Positions 46,895 to 59,470 are shown, counted from the first letter of the stretch. The stretch is 64,000 bases of DNA from an uncultured Nitrospiraceae bacterium (GCA_963705105.1 CAVPIW010000005.1:320001-384000), one strand, 5' to 3'. Program-made: numbers and translations. Notes: generated by a model not told the origin, from the sequence alone.

Positions 46895-49800
46895 TTATCC
46901 CGGCATGTCCGGTCGGCGGTGTCCCATGGCCTTCAGCCTCTCCGCCGGACGGCGGATGGGCGCCGGTATCGCCCTTGCGAGCGATTTTTCCACCACATAG
47001 AAGGTGACGGGGATGAGGAATATGGCGATGAAGGAGGCAGCCAGCATCCCGAAGATGACGGTGTAGCCCATGACCTGCCGCGAGATGGCGCCGGCCCCGC
47101 TGGCGATGGCCAGCGGCACACAGCCGAGGATGAAGGCGAAGGAGGTCATCAGGATCGGCCTGAGGCGCTAGCTTGGCCCCGTCCAGGGTCGCATCCATCA
47201 GCGGTCTCCCCTTTCTCATACTCCAGCTTGGCGAACTCGACGATGAGGATGGCGTTCTTCGCCGCCAGACCGATCAGCATGACCAGGCCGATCTGGGCAT
47301 AGATGTTGTTCTCGAATTTGCCGAAGAGGAGGCCGGCAAAGGCTCCGGCCACGGCCACCGGCGTTCCCAGCAGGACCGAGAACGGCAGCGACCAGCTCTC
47401 GTACTGGGCCGCCAGGATCAGGAATACGCAGAGGAAGGAGAAGGCGAAGATCACCGCCGGTGATATCCCCTTCTGGGCCTTCTTCTCCTGGAATGACATG
47501 CCGCTGTAGTCGTAGCCCATCTCCTGCGGCATGGTCTGGGCAAAGGCCTCTTCCAGCGCCTGCATGGCCTGGGCCGAACTATAGCCGGGGGCCGCGGTGG
47601 CGTTGATCTGGGCCGAACGGTACAGGTTGAAGCGCATGGTGAATTCCGGGCCGGTAATGTTGCGAACGGAAGTCAGCGCCGAGAGGGGAACAGCTTGCCC
47701 ATCTTTGTTGCGCACATAGAACTGGCCGATATTCTCGATGTTGGTCCGGTAGTCCCCCTCAGCTTGGATATAGGTCTGCCACTGACGGCCGAATTTATTG
47801 AAGTAATTGATGAAACCGCTCCCCATGAAGCTCTGCAGGACCTTGTAGACGTCGCTTATTTCAACCCCCTGCTTCAGCACCTTGTCGCGGTCCACATCCA
47901 CGAACAGCTGCGGCACGTTGGGGAGGAAGGTGGTGGTAACCCGGGCCAGTTCCGGCCTTTTCCTGGCCGCTTCGATGAATTTCTGCGTATTTTCGGCCAG
48001 GAAAGCGACATCCTTGCCGGCCTTGTCCTGCAGCATGAAGGTCGCTCCGCCCGAGGTGCCGATACCCATGATGGCCGGCGGCGGGAACGGGAAGGCGATA
48101 GCGCCCGGAAGCCCGCCCAACGTTTTCGTCAGGGAGGCCTTGATGGCCTCGTACTGCTCTTCCGGAGCCTTGCGCTCTTTCCACTCTTTCAGGGAGATGA
48201 AGAAAAAGGCACTGTAGGTATTACTGACCTGGCTGAGCATGCTGTAGCCGAGAATCGACGAACAGTACTGGACACCCGGGGTTTTCATGATGATCTCTTC
48301 GGCCTGACGGGCGACTTCACTGGTCCGCTGCAGCGAAGAGGCGTTGGGGAGTTGGATTGCGGCGAAGATAAAGCCCTGGTCCTCGTCGGGGAGGAATCCG
48401 GTGGGAATGCTCTTGCCAGCAACCCCGGCCAGGATGGTCACCCCGAGCAGCAGGAGCAGACTGGTCTTGCTTTTCCTGATGGCGACAGAGCAAATCCCCA
48501 CATAGCCATCGGTGGCCCGGCCAAAGACCCGGTTGAACCAGTCGTAGAACTTCTGCAGCGGGCCGGTCCCCTTGACCTTCGGCTTCAGCAGCAGGGCGCA
48601 GAGGGCCGGGGAGAGGGTCAGGGCGTTGAAAGCGGAGATGATGACCGAGATGGCGATGGTCACGGCGAACTGCTGGTAAAGCTGGCCGGTGATGCCGGGG
48701 ATGAAGGCGGTCGGCACGAAGACCGCCGCCAGGATGATGGCAATGGCGACGACCGGGCCGGAGACCTCCTCCATGGCCTTTGAAGGTCGCATCCTTGGGC
48801 GACATGCCATGTTCGATATGGTGCTCCACCGCTTCGACCACGACAATGGCGTCATCGACGACCAGGCCGATGGCAAGGACCATCCCGAAGAGCGAGAGGG
48901 TGTTGATAGAAAAACCGAGCATCGGGAAGATGGCGAAGGTTCCCACCAGGGACACCGGCACCGCCAGCAGCGGGATGAGGGTGGCCCGCCACCCCTGGAG
49001 GAAGATGAAGACCACCAGGATGACCAGCACCAGCGCCTCGAAGAAGGTATGCTTGATCTCGTTGATCCCCTCGGTGACCGCCAGGGTGGTGTCGAGCGCC
49101 ACCGTGTACTCAAGGTCAGGCGGGAAGCTCTTACTCAGCTCCGCCATCAGTTTCTTGGCGTCGTTGGCCGATTCAAGTGCGTTGGTTCCCGGCATCTGGT
49201 AGAGGGCAACCAGGGCACAGGGCTTGCCGTTGAGGCGTCCTTCCTGCTTATAGTTCTGGGCGCCCAATTCGATGCGGGCCACGTCCTTCAACCCGGACAA
49301 GGGAACCGTCCGGATTAGCGCGCAGCACGATGTTGCCGAACTCGGCCTCGCTCTGCAGACGTCCCTGGGCGCGAACCGTGTAGGTGAATTCCTGCCCCTT
49401 CGGCACCGGCTGGCTGCCGACCTGGCCGGCCGGGTTGACGGTGTTCTGGGCCTTGACCGCGTTCATGATTTCCGGGATGGTGATATTCAACTTGGCCAAC
49501 TGGTCCGGTCGGACCCAGATCCGCATGGCGTACTGGCCGGCGCCGAAGACCGAGACGCTGGCGATGCCCTTGATGCGGGTCATCTGGTCGTTGATGTTGA
49601 TATAGGAGTAGTTGGTCAGGAAGACGTTGTCGTAGGTACCTTTGGGAGAGGAGAGGGCGAACATCAGGTACGGCGCCGAGGTCGACTTCGCCACGGTAAC
49701 ACCGTAGCTGGTGACATCGGCCGGCAATTGAGACGCCGCCTGGTTCTGGCGCATCTGGGAGAGGATCTGGTCGGTGTTGGCGTCGGTACCCAGTTCGAAG

Positions 49801-50078
49801 TAGTTGTAGAGGGTCATGGAACCGTCGTTGGCGTTGACGGAGTACATGTAGTCCAGGTTGTCGACGCCGGACATCTGCTGTTCGATGGGTGTGGCCACCG
49901 ACTGCTCCACGGTAACAGCGTCGGCGCCGGTGTAGACGCCGTTCACCTGGATCGCCGGCGGGACGATGTTGGGGAACTGGGCAATGGGAAGTCCCGACAT
50001 GGCCACAGCGCCGAGGATGACCATGAAGATGGAGATCACCATGGCCACAATAGGGCGATTGATGAAGAACTTTGACAT
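46895..50078 (-). CDS. RND efflux permease (AcrB-like) split by about four single-base insertions
   Basis: MSKFFINRP, IGLVVDDAIVVVE, GLAAKNAILIVEFA, MTSFAFILG spread over several frames. Confidence 0.88.
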
Positions 50079-50081
50079 GGG

Positions 50082-51344
50082 CTACCTCTTCTCTGCGGGC
50101 GCGGCCGGTTTCGCCTCAGGTTTGGCGGCAGCTCCCTGGGCCGGTGCCGCTGCCGCCTTGGCAGCTGCTTCCGGATCGAAGGGCTGCGGAACCACCACCA
50201 TGTCCGGTTTCACCTTCTGCGTCCCCTCGACGACAACCTTCTCTCCGGCCTTCAGACCTTCCTCGATGATCCAGTCCGAGCCGATCCGCTCCGCCACTTT
50301 CACCGGGCGGATGCTGACCTTGTTGTCAGCACCGACTACTGCCACCAGGTATTTCCCCTGCATGTCGGTGACGGAGCGCTGAGGAATGAGGATTGCACCT
50401 TTTTTGACCGACATGACCGCCCGCACCAGGCCGTAGCCGCCGGGGCGGAGCCTGTTCCCGGGGTTGGCAAAGAGCGAGCCCACCTTGAGGGTGCCGGTGG
50501 TCGGGTCGATCTGCCGGTCGGCCAGCGCCAGCTTCCCTTTATGGGGATAGACGCTGCCATCGGCCAGGATCAGCTCAAGATTGATATCCGCAGCCTTTTT
50601 CCCCGAGGCGCTGACTGCGAGATATTCCCGTTCGCTGACATTGATGTAGGCCTTGATCGGGTCAACGGAGGAGACGGAGGTCAATTCACTCTGCATGTTC
50701 GGACCGACCAGGTTGCCGAGTTGGGTCTTGGCGATGCCGGCGACGCCGTCGACGGGAGAGACGATTTTAGTGAACTCCAGGTTCAATTGAGCCTCCTCGA
50801 CAGCCGCCTGCGCAGCCTCAACGGAGGCCCTCATTGAGAGTTCCGCACCCACGGCATCGTCAAGGTCCTTCTGACTCACAGCGTTCTTTGCCGCCAGGGG
50901 CCTGATCCGTGCCAGGTTGGCCTTGGTCGTGTCGTGGCGCGCCTTCTGCTGGGAGAGCTGCCCCTTTGCCTGGTCAAGGGCTGCCTGGAAAGTGCGCGGG
51001 TCGATCTCGAAAAGCACCTGTCCTTTCTTGACCAGTTCACCTTCCCGGTAGTTCTGTTTGATGAGGTAACCGGTCACCTGGGGGCGGATGACTGCATTGA
51101 CGTAGCCGTCCAGTGCGCCGACCCACTCCTTGTAGATCGGCACATCTTTCTGGATAACGCTCACCACCTCAACCACCGGGGGCTGTGGCGCCGCTGCCTG
51201 CTCTTTCTTGCAGCCTGCCATGAGCAGCGCAGCTGCCAGCAAGAACACTGACAGGAGTGAGAGACTTCGCATGAGACCGGAACTCCCTGATCGGCTATCG
51301 CCGGTCATGACAGCAGGAACTGCAACAATCGGATTCCTCTTCAT
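50082..51344 (-). CDS. RND efflux periplasmic adaptor (AcrA-like); start uncertain
   Basis: Lipobox MAGC, IRPQVTG, LFEIDP, SPVDG. Confidence 0.9.
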   Translation of the reverse strand: MKRNPIVAVPAVMTGDSRSGSSGLMRSLSLLSVFLLAAALLMAGCKKEQAAAPQPPVVEVVSVIQKDVPIYKEWVGALDGYVNAVIRPQVTGYLIKQNYREGELVKKGQVLFEIDPRTFQAALDQAKGQLSQQKARHDTTKANLARIRPLAAKNAVSQKDLDDAVGAELSMRASVEAAQAAVEEAQLNLEFTKIVSPVDGVAGIAKTQLGNLVGPNMQSELTSVSSVDPIKAYINVSEREYLAVSASGKKAADINLELILADGSVYPHKGKLALADRQIDPTTGTLKVGSLFANPGNRLRPGGYGLVRAVMSVKKGAILIPQRSVTDMQGKYLVAVVGADNKVSIRPVKVAERIGSDWIIEEGLKAGEKVVVEGTQKVKPDMVVVPQPFDPEAAAKAAAAPAQGAAAKPEAKPAAPAEKR

Positions 51345-51498
51345 CAGAAATACCCCCTGGTATGGTGTTTGGTTTTCATGGAACCTTCGTGCCTGTCATA
51401 ATAAATGAACAGCGAGGCGGCCTGCCACACTGTTCATTAGTCGCTCATGATGGATTTAACTATCCCGCATCCCGATCCACCCCCGGCTGCAGTCGCGT

Positions 51499-51900
51499 TC
51501 ATTCTTTTTCCTGACCCCTTTCGCTGCGGGCGAATCGAAAGTACGCCCTGACCGTCATGAAGTTGATGATCACGGCAACCACGTTCCACGCTATCACCGG
51601 CCGCGACCCAATCAAAAGGCCGTAATAGACCCACACAATCTGAAAAACGCCCATAATCCCCGCCATCGTCGGGTTTATACCCTTGCTTGACCGCCGCCTG
51701 AACATCTTGACGAGGTCCGGTACGGCGGCAAAGGTCGTGCCGAAACCTGCCACAATGCCCAGGACCTCAGACTGTTGAAACCTGGGGAGCAGCAGGCTCG
51801 ACGCGTCGCGTATGACCAATTCCTCACATCCATAGAGCGTGATCACGCCCAGCAGGATAACCCCGCGTATCATCCAGTCGATGCATTTCTTCTCCGGCAT
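51499..51900 (-). CDS. SemiSWEET/PQ-loop-like small transporter
   Basis: GIVAGFGTTFAAVP...WVYYG...PVIAWN three-helix pattern. Confidence 0.65.
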   Translation of the reverse strand: MPEKKCIDWMIRGVILLGVITLYGCEELVIRDASSLLLPRFQQSEVLGIVAGFGTTFAAVPDLVKMFRRRSSKGINPTMAGIMGVFQIVWVYYGLLIGSRPVIAWNVVAVIINFMTVRAYFRFARSERGQEKE

Positions 51901-51995
51901 GGTCACTCCTTTCTGCCGCTGACGGCGACTGTTTCACCCGCTCGACGGGCATCAGGCAGGCGGCTGCACGCTCCGGTATGCAGAGGCCATGTTCT

Positions 51996-54806
51996 TCATC
52001 TCTTTTCCTTCCCGGCTTTCGGGGCGCCCTTCGGGGACGCGGTCTGCGCCCCGCTGACCTGCTCCCTGAAGAGCCGTCTTGCAGCTTTGTGGCGTGAAGT
52101 CTCAAGCAAGGTTTTGGCGTCGAGACGCCCGAAAAGGTCCAGAATGAGAGCGACCAGTCCGGTCCACCCCGTCTGGTGGCTGGCCCCGAGCCCGGCTCCG
52201 TTGTCACCGTGGAAATACTCATAGAAAAGGATCAGGTCGCGCCAGTGCGGGTCGTCCTGGAACTTGGCCGTCCCCCCGTAGACCGGCCGTCGTCCATGGG
52301 TGTCGCGAAGGAATGTGCCCGCCAGTCGTCGCGAAATCTCCTGCGCCACCTCGAACAGCGTCATATAACTGCCGGAACCCGTCGGACACTCGACCTTGTA
52401 TTCGTCGCCGTAAAAATGGTACAGGTTCAAGAGCGCCCGGAGGATCAGCGCATTGACCGGCATCCAGACCGGACCCCGCCAGTTGGAGTTCCCGCCGAAC
52501 ATCCCCGTGTTGGACTCGCCCGGCAGATACTGCACCCTATACTCCTCATGTCCCACCCAGAACGTGAACGGATGCTCCAGGTGAAACCGCGAGAGGGAGC
52601 GTATCCCGTGCGGTCCCAGGAACTCATTCTCGTCGAGCATGTACCCGAGCACCTGCGTGAGCTTCTTCTTGTTGAGGATCGAAAGCAGCCGCCGATCTTT
52701 ATAGCCGATGAACCCCTCGTCGGTCGGCGCCACGTGGGAAACCACCTCGGGATGCCGTTTTCGGAACAGGGCGATCATCTCAGCCAGCTTCGGAAAGCGC
52801 GTCAGGTAATCTCCCTCGAACACGCTGGATGCGCAGAGCGGCAGCAGTCCCACCAGCGACCGCACCTTCAGCCGCATGGCCTGGCCGTCCGGCAGACGCA
52901 GCAGATCATAGAAGAAGCCGTCCTCCTCATCCCACATCTCGTCGTGATGCTCGCCCATGCGGTCCATGGCGTAGGAAATCCAGATATAATGCTGGATGAA
53001 CTTGAAGGCGACCTCCTCGTACATCGGGTCGTATTCGGTCAGAATCAGGGCTATCTCCAGCATGCACTGGCAGTAGAAGGCCATCCAGGCGGTGCCGTCC
53101 GCCTGCTCCAGCGACCCGCCCGTCGGCAGTTGCGCGCTCCGGTCGAACACGCCGATGTTGTCCAGCCCCAGAAAGCCGCCGGCGAAGACGTTGCGCCCGG
53201 CCGGGTCCTTGCGGTTCACCCACCAGTTGAAGTTGAGCATCAAGCCCTGAAAGGACCGCTCCAGGAACCGCATGTCCGCCCGGCCCAGCGTCTGCTCCAT
53301 TTTGAACAGGTAGACCGTGGCCCAGGCGTGCACCGGGGGATTCACGTCGCTGAAGTTCCACTCGTAGGCGGGAATCTGGCCGTTGGGGTGGAAATAGAGA
53401 TTGCGCAGCATCAGCAGGAGCTGCTCCTTGGCGAAGTCGAAATCCACCAGGGCCAGGGCGGTCGTGTGGAAGGCCAGGTCCCAGGCCGCATACCACGGGT
53501 ACTCCCACTTGTCGGGCATGGAGATGATGTCGGCGTTCAGCATATGGAACCACTCCATGTTCCTTATGCCGCGCGGGTCTGCATCGAGCAGCGGATGGCT
53601 CTTGTGCTCGGCCAGCCAGAGCTCCAGGTCGAAGTAGTAGTACTGCTTGCTCCACATCATCCCCGCCAGCGCCTGACGGTGCACCCGGCGCTCGTCTTCG
53701 TTCAGCGATTGCGGCGTGATCCTCTCGTAGAATTCGTCCGCGTCCGCGATCCGGCTCTTGAAGACCCCCTCGAAGCCCTTGAAGGCATTGTCCGCCGCCG
53801 CGGCTGCGAGCCGCAGGCGGACCGCGCTGCTTCCGCCGCCGGGCACGTCGAGCACGTAGTGAGCCGCGGCCTTGGTCCCCGTCTTGGCGGGATTCACCGC
53901 GTCGCCCTGTCCCTCGATGATGTAGGCGTGGAACGCATCCTTGCAGTAGGGAGAAGCGCCGGGCCGGCCCCAGAGGCGCTGTGTGTTACTCTCGTTCTCC
54001 GTGAACAGCAGCTCCGGGTCCCCGTCACAATACAGCCAATACTCGCCCAGCTCATGGTGGGAGGTTTGAAGGGCACCCGGCGCCACCTCGCGGAGGGACG
54101 GCTTGCGATCATCCTCACCCCAGGACCATGTGTTCCGGAACCAGAGTGTCGGCAGCAGGCGAAGCCGGGCTGCTTCCGGCCCGCGATTGTGCACGGTGAC
54201 CCGGATGAGCATGTCCTCCGGGCCTCCCTTGGCGTATTCCACGAAGACGTCGAAATAGCGGTCGCCGTCAAACACGCCCGTATCGAGCAGCTCGTACTCG
54301 AACTCCTCCCGCGACCGTGCCCGGTTCGTCTCGACCAGTTTCCGGTAGGGAAACTCACTCTGCGGGTATTTGTACAGGTACTTCATATAGGAGTGCGTGG
54401 GCGTGCTGTCGAGGTAGAAGTAGTACTCCTTCACGTCCTCCCCATGGTTCGCCTCGCTGTTGGTGAGCCCGTACAGCCGCTCCTTCAGGATGGGGTCGCG
54501 CTCATTCCACAACGCCAGGGCGAAACAGAGCTGCTGCTTGTCATCGCAGATCCCGCCGAGCCCGTCCTCGCCCCACCGGTAGGCCCGTGAGCGCGACTGC
54601 TCATGGGAGAAATAGTCCCAGGCGTTGCCGTCCTCGCTGTAGTCCTCGCGGACCGTGCCCCATTGCCGCTCGCTGAGGTAAGGGCCCCATTTCTTCCAGG
54701 GAATGCCTTTCTCGCGCGCGTCGTTCAGGCGTTTCTGTTCGGTGACGTCGGCGATTTTCCGCTTCCCCGTCACATCAACTCTTTTCTTCCCCGTAGGACC
54801 ATTCAT
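51996..54806 (-). CDS. GH63-like glucosidase
   Basis: [52 protein letters not shown]. Confidence 0.9.
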   Translation of the reverse strand: MNGPTGKKRVDVTGKRKIADVTEQKRLNDAREKGIPWKKWGPYLSERQWGTVREDYSEDGNAWDYFSHEQSRSRAYRWGEDGLGGICDDKQQLCFALALWNERDPILKERLYGLTNSEANHGEDVKEYYFYLDSTPTHSYMKYLYKYPQSEFPYRKLVETNRARSREEFEYELLDTGVFDGDRYFDVFVEYAKGGPEDMLIRVTVHNRGPEAARLRLLPTLWFRNTWSWGEDDRKPSLREVAPGALQTSHHELGEYWLYCDGDPELLFTENESNTQRLWGRPGASPYCKDAFHAYIIEGQGDAVNPAKTGTKAAAHYVLDVPGGGSSAVRLRLAAAAADNAFKGFEGVFKSRIADADEFYERITPQSLNEDERRVHRQALAGMMWSKQYYYFDLELWLAEHKSHPLLDADPRGIRNMEWFHMLNADIISMPDKWEYPWYAAWDLAFHTTALALVDFDFAKEQLLLMLRNLYFHPNGQIPAYEWNFSDVNPPVHAWATVYLFKMEQTLGRADMRFLERSFQGLMLNFNWWVNRKDPAGRNVFAGGFLGLDNIGVFDRSAQLPTGGSLEQADGTAWMAFYCQCMLEIALILTEYDPMYEEVAFKFIQHYIWISYAMDRMGEHHDEMWDEEDGFFYDLLRLPDGQAMRLKVRSLVGLLPLCASSVFEGDYLTRFPKLAEMIALFRKRHPEVVSHVAPTDEGFIGYKDRRLLSILNKKKLTQVLGYMLDENEFLGPHGIRSLSRFHLEHPFTFWVGHEEYRVQYLPGESNTGMFGGNSNWRGPVWMPVNALILRALLNLYHFYGDEYKVECPTGSGSYMTLFEVAQEISRRLAGTFLRDTHGRRPVYGGTAKFQDDPHWRDLILFYEYFHGDNGAGLGASHQTGWTGLVALILDLFGRLDAKTLLETSRHKAARRLFREQVSGAQTASPKGAPKAGKEKR

Positions 54807-54983
54807 GTTCTTCCTCCTCGATATGCCTGAATTTCGTGGCTGCCTGATGACGCCGGATTGACATGACCTTAACCCCTTTGATACTCATTAGGGCCACATC
54901 CCCTCAGAGACAGACGTCCTGTACGGCCTGCAGCAGCCCCGCCCCCTCGGCCATGGGCCGCTGGAATGCCTTTCTTCGACCGG

Positions 54984-55814
54984 TCAGAACCTGAAAACAA
55001 AGCCCAGTTGTCCGCCGCTCAGGGACAGATCGTTGAAAGGTTCATCATCGTCGAAATCATACTCCAGGTGGCGGTAGCCGAGCGTCATCGAGAAGAGCTT
55101 GCTGAAACGGTACCCGATCCCCCCGAAGAGCTGCCAGTTCATCTCGTTGTTGATGCCGAAGCCGCCGATATCGGCGTAGTAGGGCAGAAACCATCCCTTG
55201 CCCAGCTCAAACCTCCCTTTGAAACCGATGATCGGGTCGAAGTAATCCTTCTTTTCGGAAAAAGTCCGGGACGGGATGCTGACAGGCAATGCCGTGCTGG
55301 GATTCAGGGTGACATCGGCATCTATCCCGATATACCGTATCCCCGCAAGGACATCGAACTTTACACTTTCACTGTGGTACAAGGCATACGCCGGGGCTAT
55401 CTCAAAGGCCACGGCCTGAAGTTCGTTGTTGGACTTGATCTGGAGTCCGCCGCTGGGTAGATTCGGGAATTTCGTCGTCGTTTCTTCGTTTTCGAAAGAA
55501 ACGTACACGAAGTCCGTCAGGATAGACCACCTGCCCTTCTCTGCTTCGAACGACAGCATTAAGGCAAACTGCAGGCTGTCAAGATAGTCGTCATCGCTCA
55601 GGTCAGCGGTGCCGGTGACGTCTCGCCTCGGAAGGTTTACATTCATCGATCCGTCTATCGAGGGCAGCCAGATATAGGGAACGAGCGTGAAATGCCAGCC
55701 GTCATCCTTTTTGGCGTCTGCCGCATACACATCGGCGGCGCCTGCAAGCATTAAAACTGACACAAGCAGTACTGCGACAACCCGTGAGATTCTTCGCAGA
55801 ACAAGGTCGTTCAT
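54984..55814 (-). CDS. Outer membrane beta-barrel protein
   Basis: Signal peptide, PYIW, ADIGGFG, C-terminal FRF. Confidence 0.75.
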   Translation of the reverse strand: MNDLVLRRISRVVAVLLVSVLMLAGAADVYAADAKKDDGWHFTLVPYIWLPSIDGSMNVNLPRRDVTGTADLSDDDYLDSLQFALMLSFEAEKGRWSILTDFVYVSFENEETTTKFPNLPSGGLQIKSNNELQAVAFEIAPAYALYHSESVKFDVLAGIRYIGIDADVTLNPSTALPVSIPSRTFSEKKDYFDPIIGFKGRFELGKGWFLPYYADIGGFGINNEMNWQLFGGIGYRFSKLFSMTLGYRHLEYDFDDDEPFNDLSLSGGQLGFVFRF

Positions 55815-55975
55815 CTTTCACTCCTCCGGTCTGATCTGATATGCGCCCAAAGGGCGCTGTCATTATTCAATGATTTCCGCTTGCCTCTTGAAAAGCCTGT
55901 CCTTGTCAAAAAGACCCTTTTGGGCCTTCGGCATGAACGAGCCTCCCGGTGATGCTCCGCCGGAACATTTACGGA

Positions 55976-56980
55976 CTACTTCATCCTTGACTCAAGCTCC
56001 TGGACCGATTTCATCGTGCTGTTGACCCTCGTGAAATCAAACCAGGTTTCGTTTTCAACGGGGAGATTGACGTTGCTTCCGTATACCCTCCAGCCGTCAT
56101 GGAAAATAGCCACATTCTTGTATCCAAGGGCCCTCAGGACAAGATATGCGTATGAGGCCCGATGACCCGACTGGCAATGCGTGATGACCCGGCTGTTGTA
56201 CGGTATGTCTCTGTATATCGATTTCAGATCCGAGAGCGACAGGATCCGATACGACTTTGGATCGAAGTTCTCAAAATAGTCTATGTTCACCGCTCCGGGG
56301 ATATGACCTCCACGCAAGGCCCTCACGTCGGTGCCTTCATACTCTGCGGTCGTTCTCACGTCGACGATGACCGCCTTTTTCCTGCCGTCGACGATCTGTT
56401 TGACTTCATCGGCATTCGCACCTCTCCGTGATCCCCGTACTGCTTTGAATGTCGTTGCCTTGACTTTACTCTCCGCCCGCTCGGGTTTGCCCCCCTCAGC
56501 CTGCCATCTCTCGATTCCGCCGTCATAATAATGAACGGTGCACTTGGAGAGTTCACTGTTACACCCCATTGCTTCGAGCATCCAGAACATCACCGCGTCC
56601 CAGCTTTTCTTGTGAGGATAGCCATAGACGATGACATGGCTCTCATTTCCGATCCCCATCTCGCCGATAGCCTTTTCCAGGCGGGAGACCACTGTCGGGA
56701 ACCGCTTGGTGTCATCGACATAGAGCTTCGATATCCACCCCGGAAGGAGCACGGCTCCCGGTATATGTCCCTCCGCATACTCATCGGAATGCCTCACGTC
56801 CATGATCACCCAGCCGGGTTTGCCGATCTTATCGCTAAGGAAGCCGGTATCAACGATCAGTTCCGACGCTTTTTCGGCTGAAAAGGCCATGGACGAGCAC
56901 AGCATGCACAGCGAAAAAAAGATCACCGCCGCTGTCACAGCATTTATACTTACCGCCGGACTCGCGATTGTTTTGGTCAT
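55976..56980 (-). CDS. Exported tandem-domain rhodanese/sulfurtransferase
   Basis: Two GHIPGA motifs, active site HCQSGHRA, signal peptide. Confidence 0.9.
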   Translation of the reverse strand: MTKTIASPAVSINAVTAAVIFFSLCMLCSSMAFSAEKASELIVDTGFLSDKIGKPGWVIMDVRHSDEYAEGHIPGAVLLPGWISKLYVDDTKRFPTVVSRLEKAIGEMGIGNESHVIVYGYPHKKSWDAVMFWMLEAMGCNSELSKCTVHYYDGGIERWQAEGGKPERAESKVKATTFKAVRGSRRGANADEVKQIVDGRKKAVIVDVRTTAEYEGTDVRALRGGHIPGAVNIDYFENFDPKSYRILSLSDLKSIYRDIPYNSRVITHCQSGHRASYAYLVLRALGYKNVAIFHDGWRVYGSNVNLPVENETWFDFTRVNSTMKSVQELESRMK

Positions 56981-57265
56981 GAGACGCTCCTTTCTGAAGC
57001 AAGATAGATTTTCACAAACTACCGGTCCCGGAAGCTCGCGAGAAACGCTGCAGGACAGCGAAATTGTTTCAATAACCCGGGGTCATCTCGTCATCATTCA
57101 ATAGGCACATTATATCACTGCGACGCTAAATTTATAACCCTGCCGTTAAGCTCCGGGTGATGAACTGCAGGGAGGCGTCCGTATAGTCTCCCGTCACCCT
57201 TCTGCCGCGGTCCACCGTTAAGAGACATCGACAGGTCTGTTTGACGGGCATGCTCATCCATGATG

Positions 57266-58120
57266 TCAGAACTGGAACTTCAGCCCGACCAGGGGACCGC
57301 TGATATACAGGTCGTCAAGCACCTTATTATCCTTAAAATTCCAATACAGATACCGATACGCGGCAACGACATCCACCTTCTTGCTGATCTTGTAGCCGAC
57401 ACCCATCATGGCCTGCCAGGTGAATGCGCTCTGTCCTGTACCCATATCAGCAAAGTACGGAATATACCACTTCTCGTCCAGGTTCACCTTTCCCCTGATT
57501 CCGACGACACCGTCCCATACATTTCCCGACTCAGAGATCTTTTTGTCTCTTGGCTGGAGCGGCCCATCAACTTCCAGGTCCAGTTCCGACTTTATCCAGA
57601 GATAGCGCACACCGGCAACAACTTCCGAGCTGAGCTTTCCGTTGTCAAAAAAGGTGTACCCGACCAGTGGCGTCACTACCCATGCATGCAGTCTCACCGT
57701 GGCGCCCGCATCAACGGTGATCTCCTGTCCACTGGGGCCGACAGACGTGGTCACCGAATTGCTGTTGTCCCCCTTCAGTTCCACAGTCGCGACGTCCGTT
57801 GTGAGCGACCATTTGCCGTTGCGAGCCACGACACCACCCATAATTGCAAATTCCAGGTTACGGAGGACATCATCGAATTCTAATTGGATATCGCCCCCCC
57901 CGGTCGTCTTTCCCCCCATGCCGGACATCCATCCGTAAATATCTGCGCCGAACTGCCAGCCTGTCTTCCGCTCTGTCTCTTCTGCCGCCGCAGGGGCAGG
58001 CAATGCCGCCACATGCATGAAGAGCAGCAAAACAGAAAGAGCGATCGCGTTCACCATCCACCTGATTACGCTGCATTGACCGCCTTCGTATTTCGAATGA
58101 AACATCGTTTTTTTCTTCAC
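57266..58120 (-). CDS. Outer membrane beta-barrel protein, paralog of 54984-55814
   Basis: Signal peptide, AGVRYL, WYIPYFAD, C-terminal FQF. Confidence 0.75.
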   Translation of the reverse strand: MKKKTMFHSKYEGGQCSVIRWMVNAIALSVLLLFMHVAALPAPAAAEETERKTGWQFGADIYGWMSGMGGKTTGGGDIQLEFDDVLRNLEFAIMGGVVARNGKWSLTTDVATVELKGDNSNSVTTSVGPSGQEITVDAGATVRLHAWVVTPLVGYTFFDNGKLSSEVVAGVRYLWIKSELDLEVDGPLQPRDKKISESGNVWDGVVGIRGKVNLDEKWYIPYFADMGTGQSAFTWQAMMGVGYKISKKVDVVAAYRYLYWNFKDNKVLDDLYISGPLVGLKFQF

Positions 58121-58324
58121 TCCTGTCTCTCATTCCAAATGACATATTTGTATACAGACTCTTCGTATCCCCGGACATCGTGCCGGTTCCAGTGGCTCGC
58201 GAGCACGGGCCGACAGGTCCCGGCCGAAGCCGGGGTCTGTCGGCCCGTGCGCCTCCCTCCGACCGAATGCTCACAGCGACCGCACGGTCGGCTGATACTA
58301 TCGGTCTGCAGCTTCCACTGCTGG

Positions 58325-59002
58325 TTACGGCACGTAATTGGCGCTGGTGTCCTTGCCGTAGCCGCAGCCCTGGTAGGTGCAATGCAGGTCGTCGCGGATG
58401 ATGGCAGCCCATCCGCCCGCGCGACCCGTGTCCAGCACCAGGTCCTCGGTCAGCACCTTGGTTTCGAACTTCCAGCCTTTCGGCAGGTTCTTCAGCTTTC
58501 CGCCCAACTCGTTGAGGTTGTCGGGGGTGAGGCCCGGGTCGACCGCCTTGGTATATTCCTGCAGGACCCAGACCGGGCCATTGGGCTCGCGCAGGAGATA
58601 TACGGGTTTGCCCGCCTTGAAGGTCCAGATGGTGTCGCGCCTGATCAAGCACGGCAAATAGGCGTTCTCGAACTGGGCGACCATCTCGGCCCCGGTCATG
58701 TCGCCGGCCCAGATCATATCGACACCATGAAAGTTGACCGTGTCTCCGGCGGCGACCTCGAGCTCGTCCATCATCCAGAAGCGCCCGTGGTTGACGAAGC
58801 ACATGTCCACTTCGAGTTCTTCAGCGAGCTTCTTGGGATCGATCTTCTTGTAGGCCTCGGGGTCGACGGGGACCGATGCCGCCGAGTAGACGTGAGCCCG
58901 CTGGGTCCTGCCGGTGCCGACGAAAGCGCCCATTCCGTGGAACGCGGCACCGCGGGTGTTTTTGGCTTGGGATCTGCGTGTGGGACCTATTTTCAGTTTC
59001 AT
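58325..59002 (-). CDS. Hypothetical protein
   Basis: AAGGAGG RBS, strong GC3 codon bias. Confidence 0.7.
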   Translation of the reverse strand: MKLKIGPTRRSQAKNTRGAAFHGMGAFVGTGRTQRAHVYSAASVPVDPEAYKKIDPKKLAEELEVDMCFVNHGRFWMMDELEVAAGDTVNFHGVDMIWAGDMTGAEMVAQFENAYLPCLIRRDTIWTFKAGKPVYLLREPNGPVWVLQEYTKAVDPGLTPDNLNELGGKLKNLPKGWKFETKVLTEDLVLDTGRAGGWAAIIRDDLHCTYQGCGYGKDTSANYVP

Positions 59003-59071
59003 TGTGTTTCCTCCTTTTGGGTGATCGGGGTGCGGGAGCACCGCGCCCCGAGGTTTGGGGCACATCAACAC

Positions 59072-59470
59072 TTACTTCTTCATCTGTTTCGCGACAAACT
59101 CCTGGACTCTCTTGCCTTGCGCAGCCAACCCTCCAGCGGTGCTGAACTGGATGATCTCGGCCCCTTCCTTCGACTTGAAGTTGTGCGGAGCCGGCCAGAA
59201 GCACACTTCCCCGGCGCGGCAAATCTCAACGGTCCCGTCAAGGTAAATGACCTCCACCGAGCCCTTCAAAACGTAAGCCCAGTGTTCAACCCCGCACAGA
59301 TCGTGTTCCAGTCCCTTTCCCTTCAGAATGTCTGTGAAGTCAGTACCCGGGGCAAAGATGTGGTAGGCGCACTGCATGCCGCCCCATTTCTCATCCCAGA
59401 TCTTGAGGCCCGGGGTGTTCCTGGTGACGAAGTCGTCTACTGGGTTCATATCTGTCAGTTTCTTGTGCAT
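59072..59470 (-). CDS. Cupin-like protein
   Basis: AAGGAG RBS; C..EHWAYVLKG and AGEVCFWPAPH motifs. Confidence 0.7.
   Translation of the reverse strand: MHKKLTDMNPVDDFVTRNTPGLKIWDEKWGGMQCAYHIFAPGTDFTDILKGKGLEHDLCGVEHWAYVLKGSVEVIYLDGTVEICRAGEVCFWPAPHNFKSKEGAEIIQFSTAGGLAAQGKRVQEFVAKQMKK

Noticed and set aside
46895..50078. Programmed frameshifting in the RND permease
   Set aside because: Four separate shifts without slippery heptamers are implausible; sequencing error or decay is more likely.
57130..57250. Possible structured RNA or attC site upstream of the rhodanese gene
   Set aside because: Only short stems, no proper attC box pairing, and no integrase in the window.
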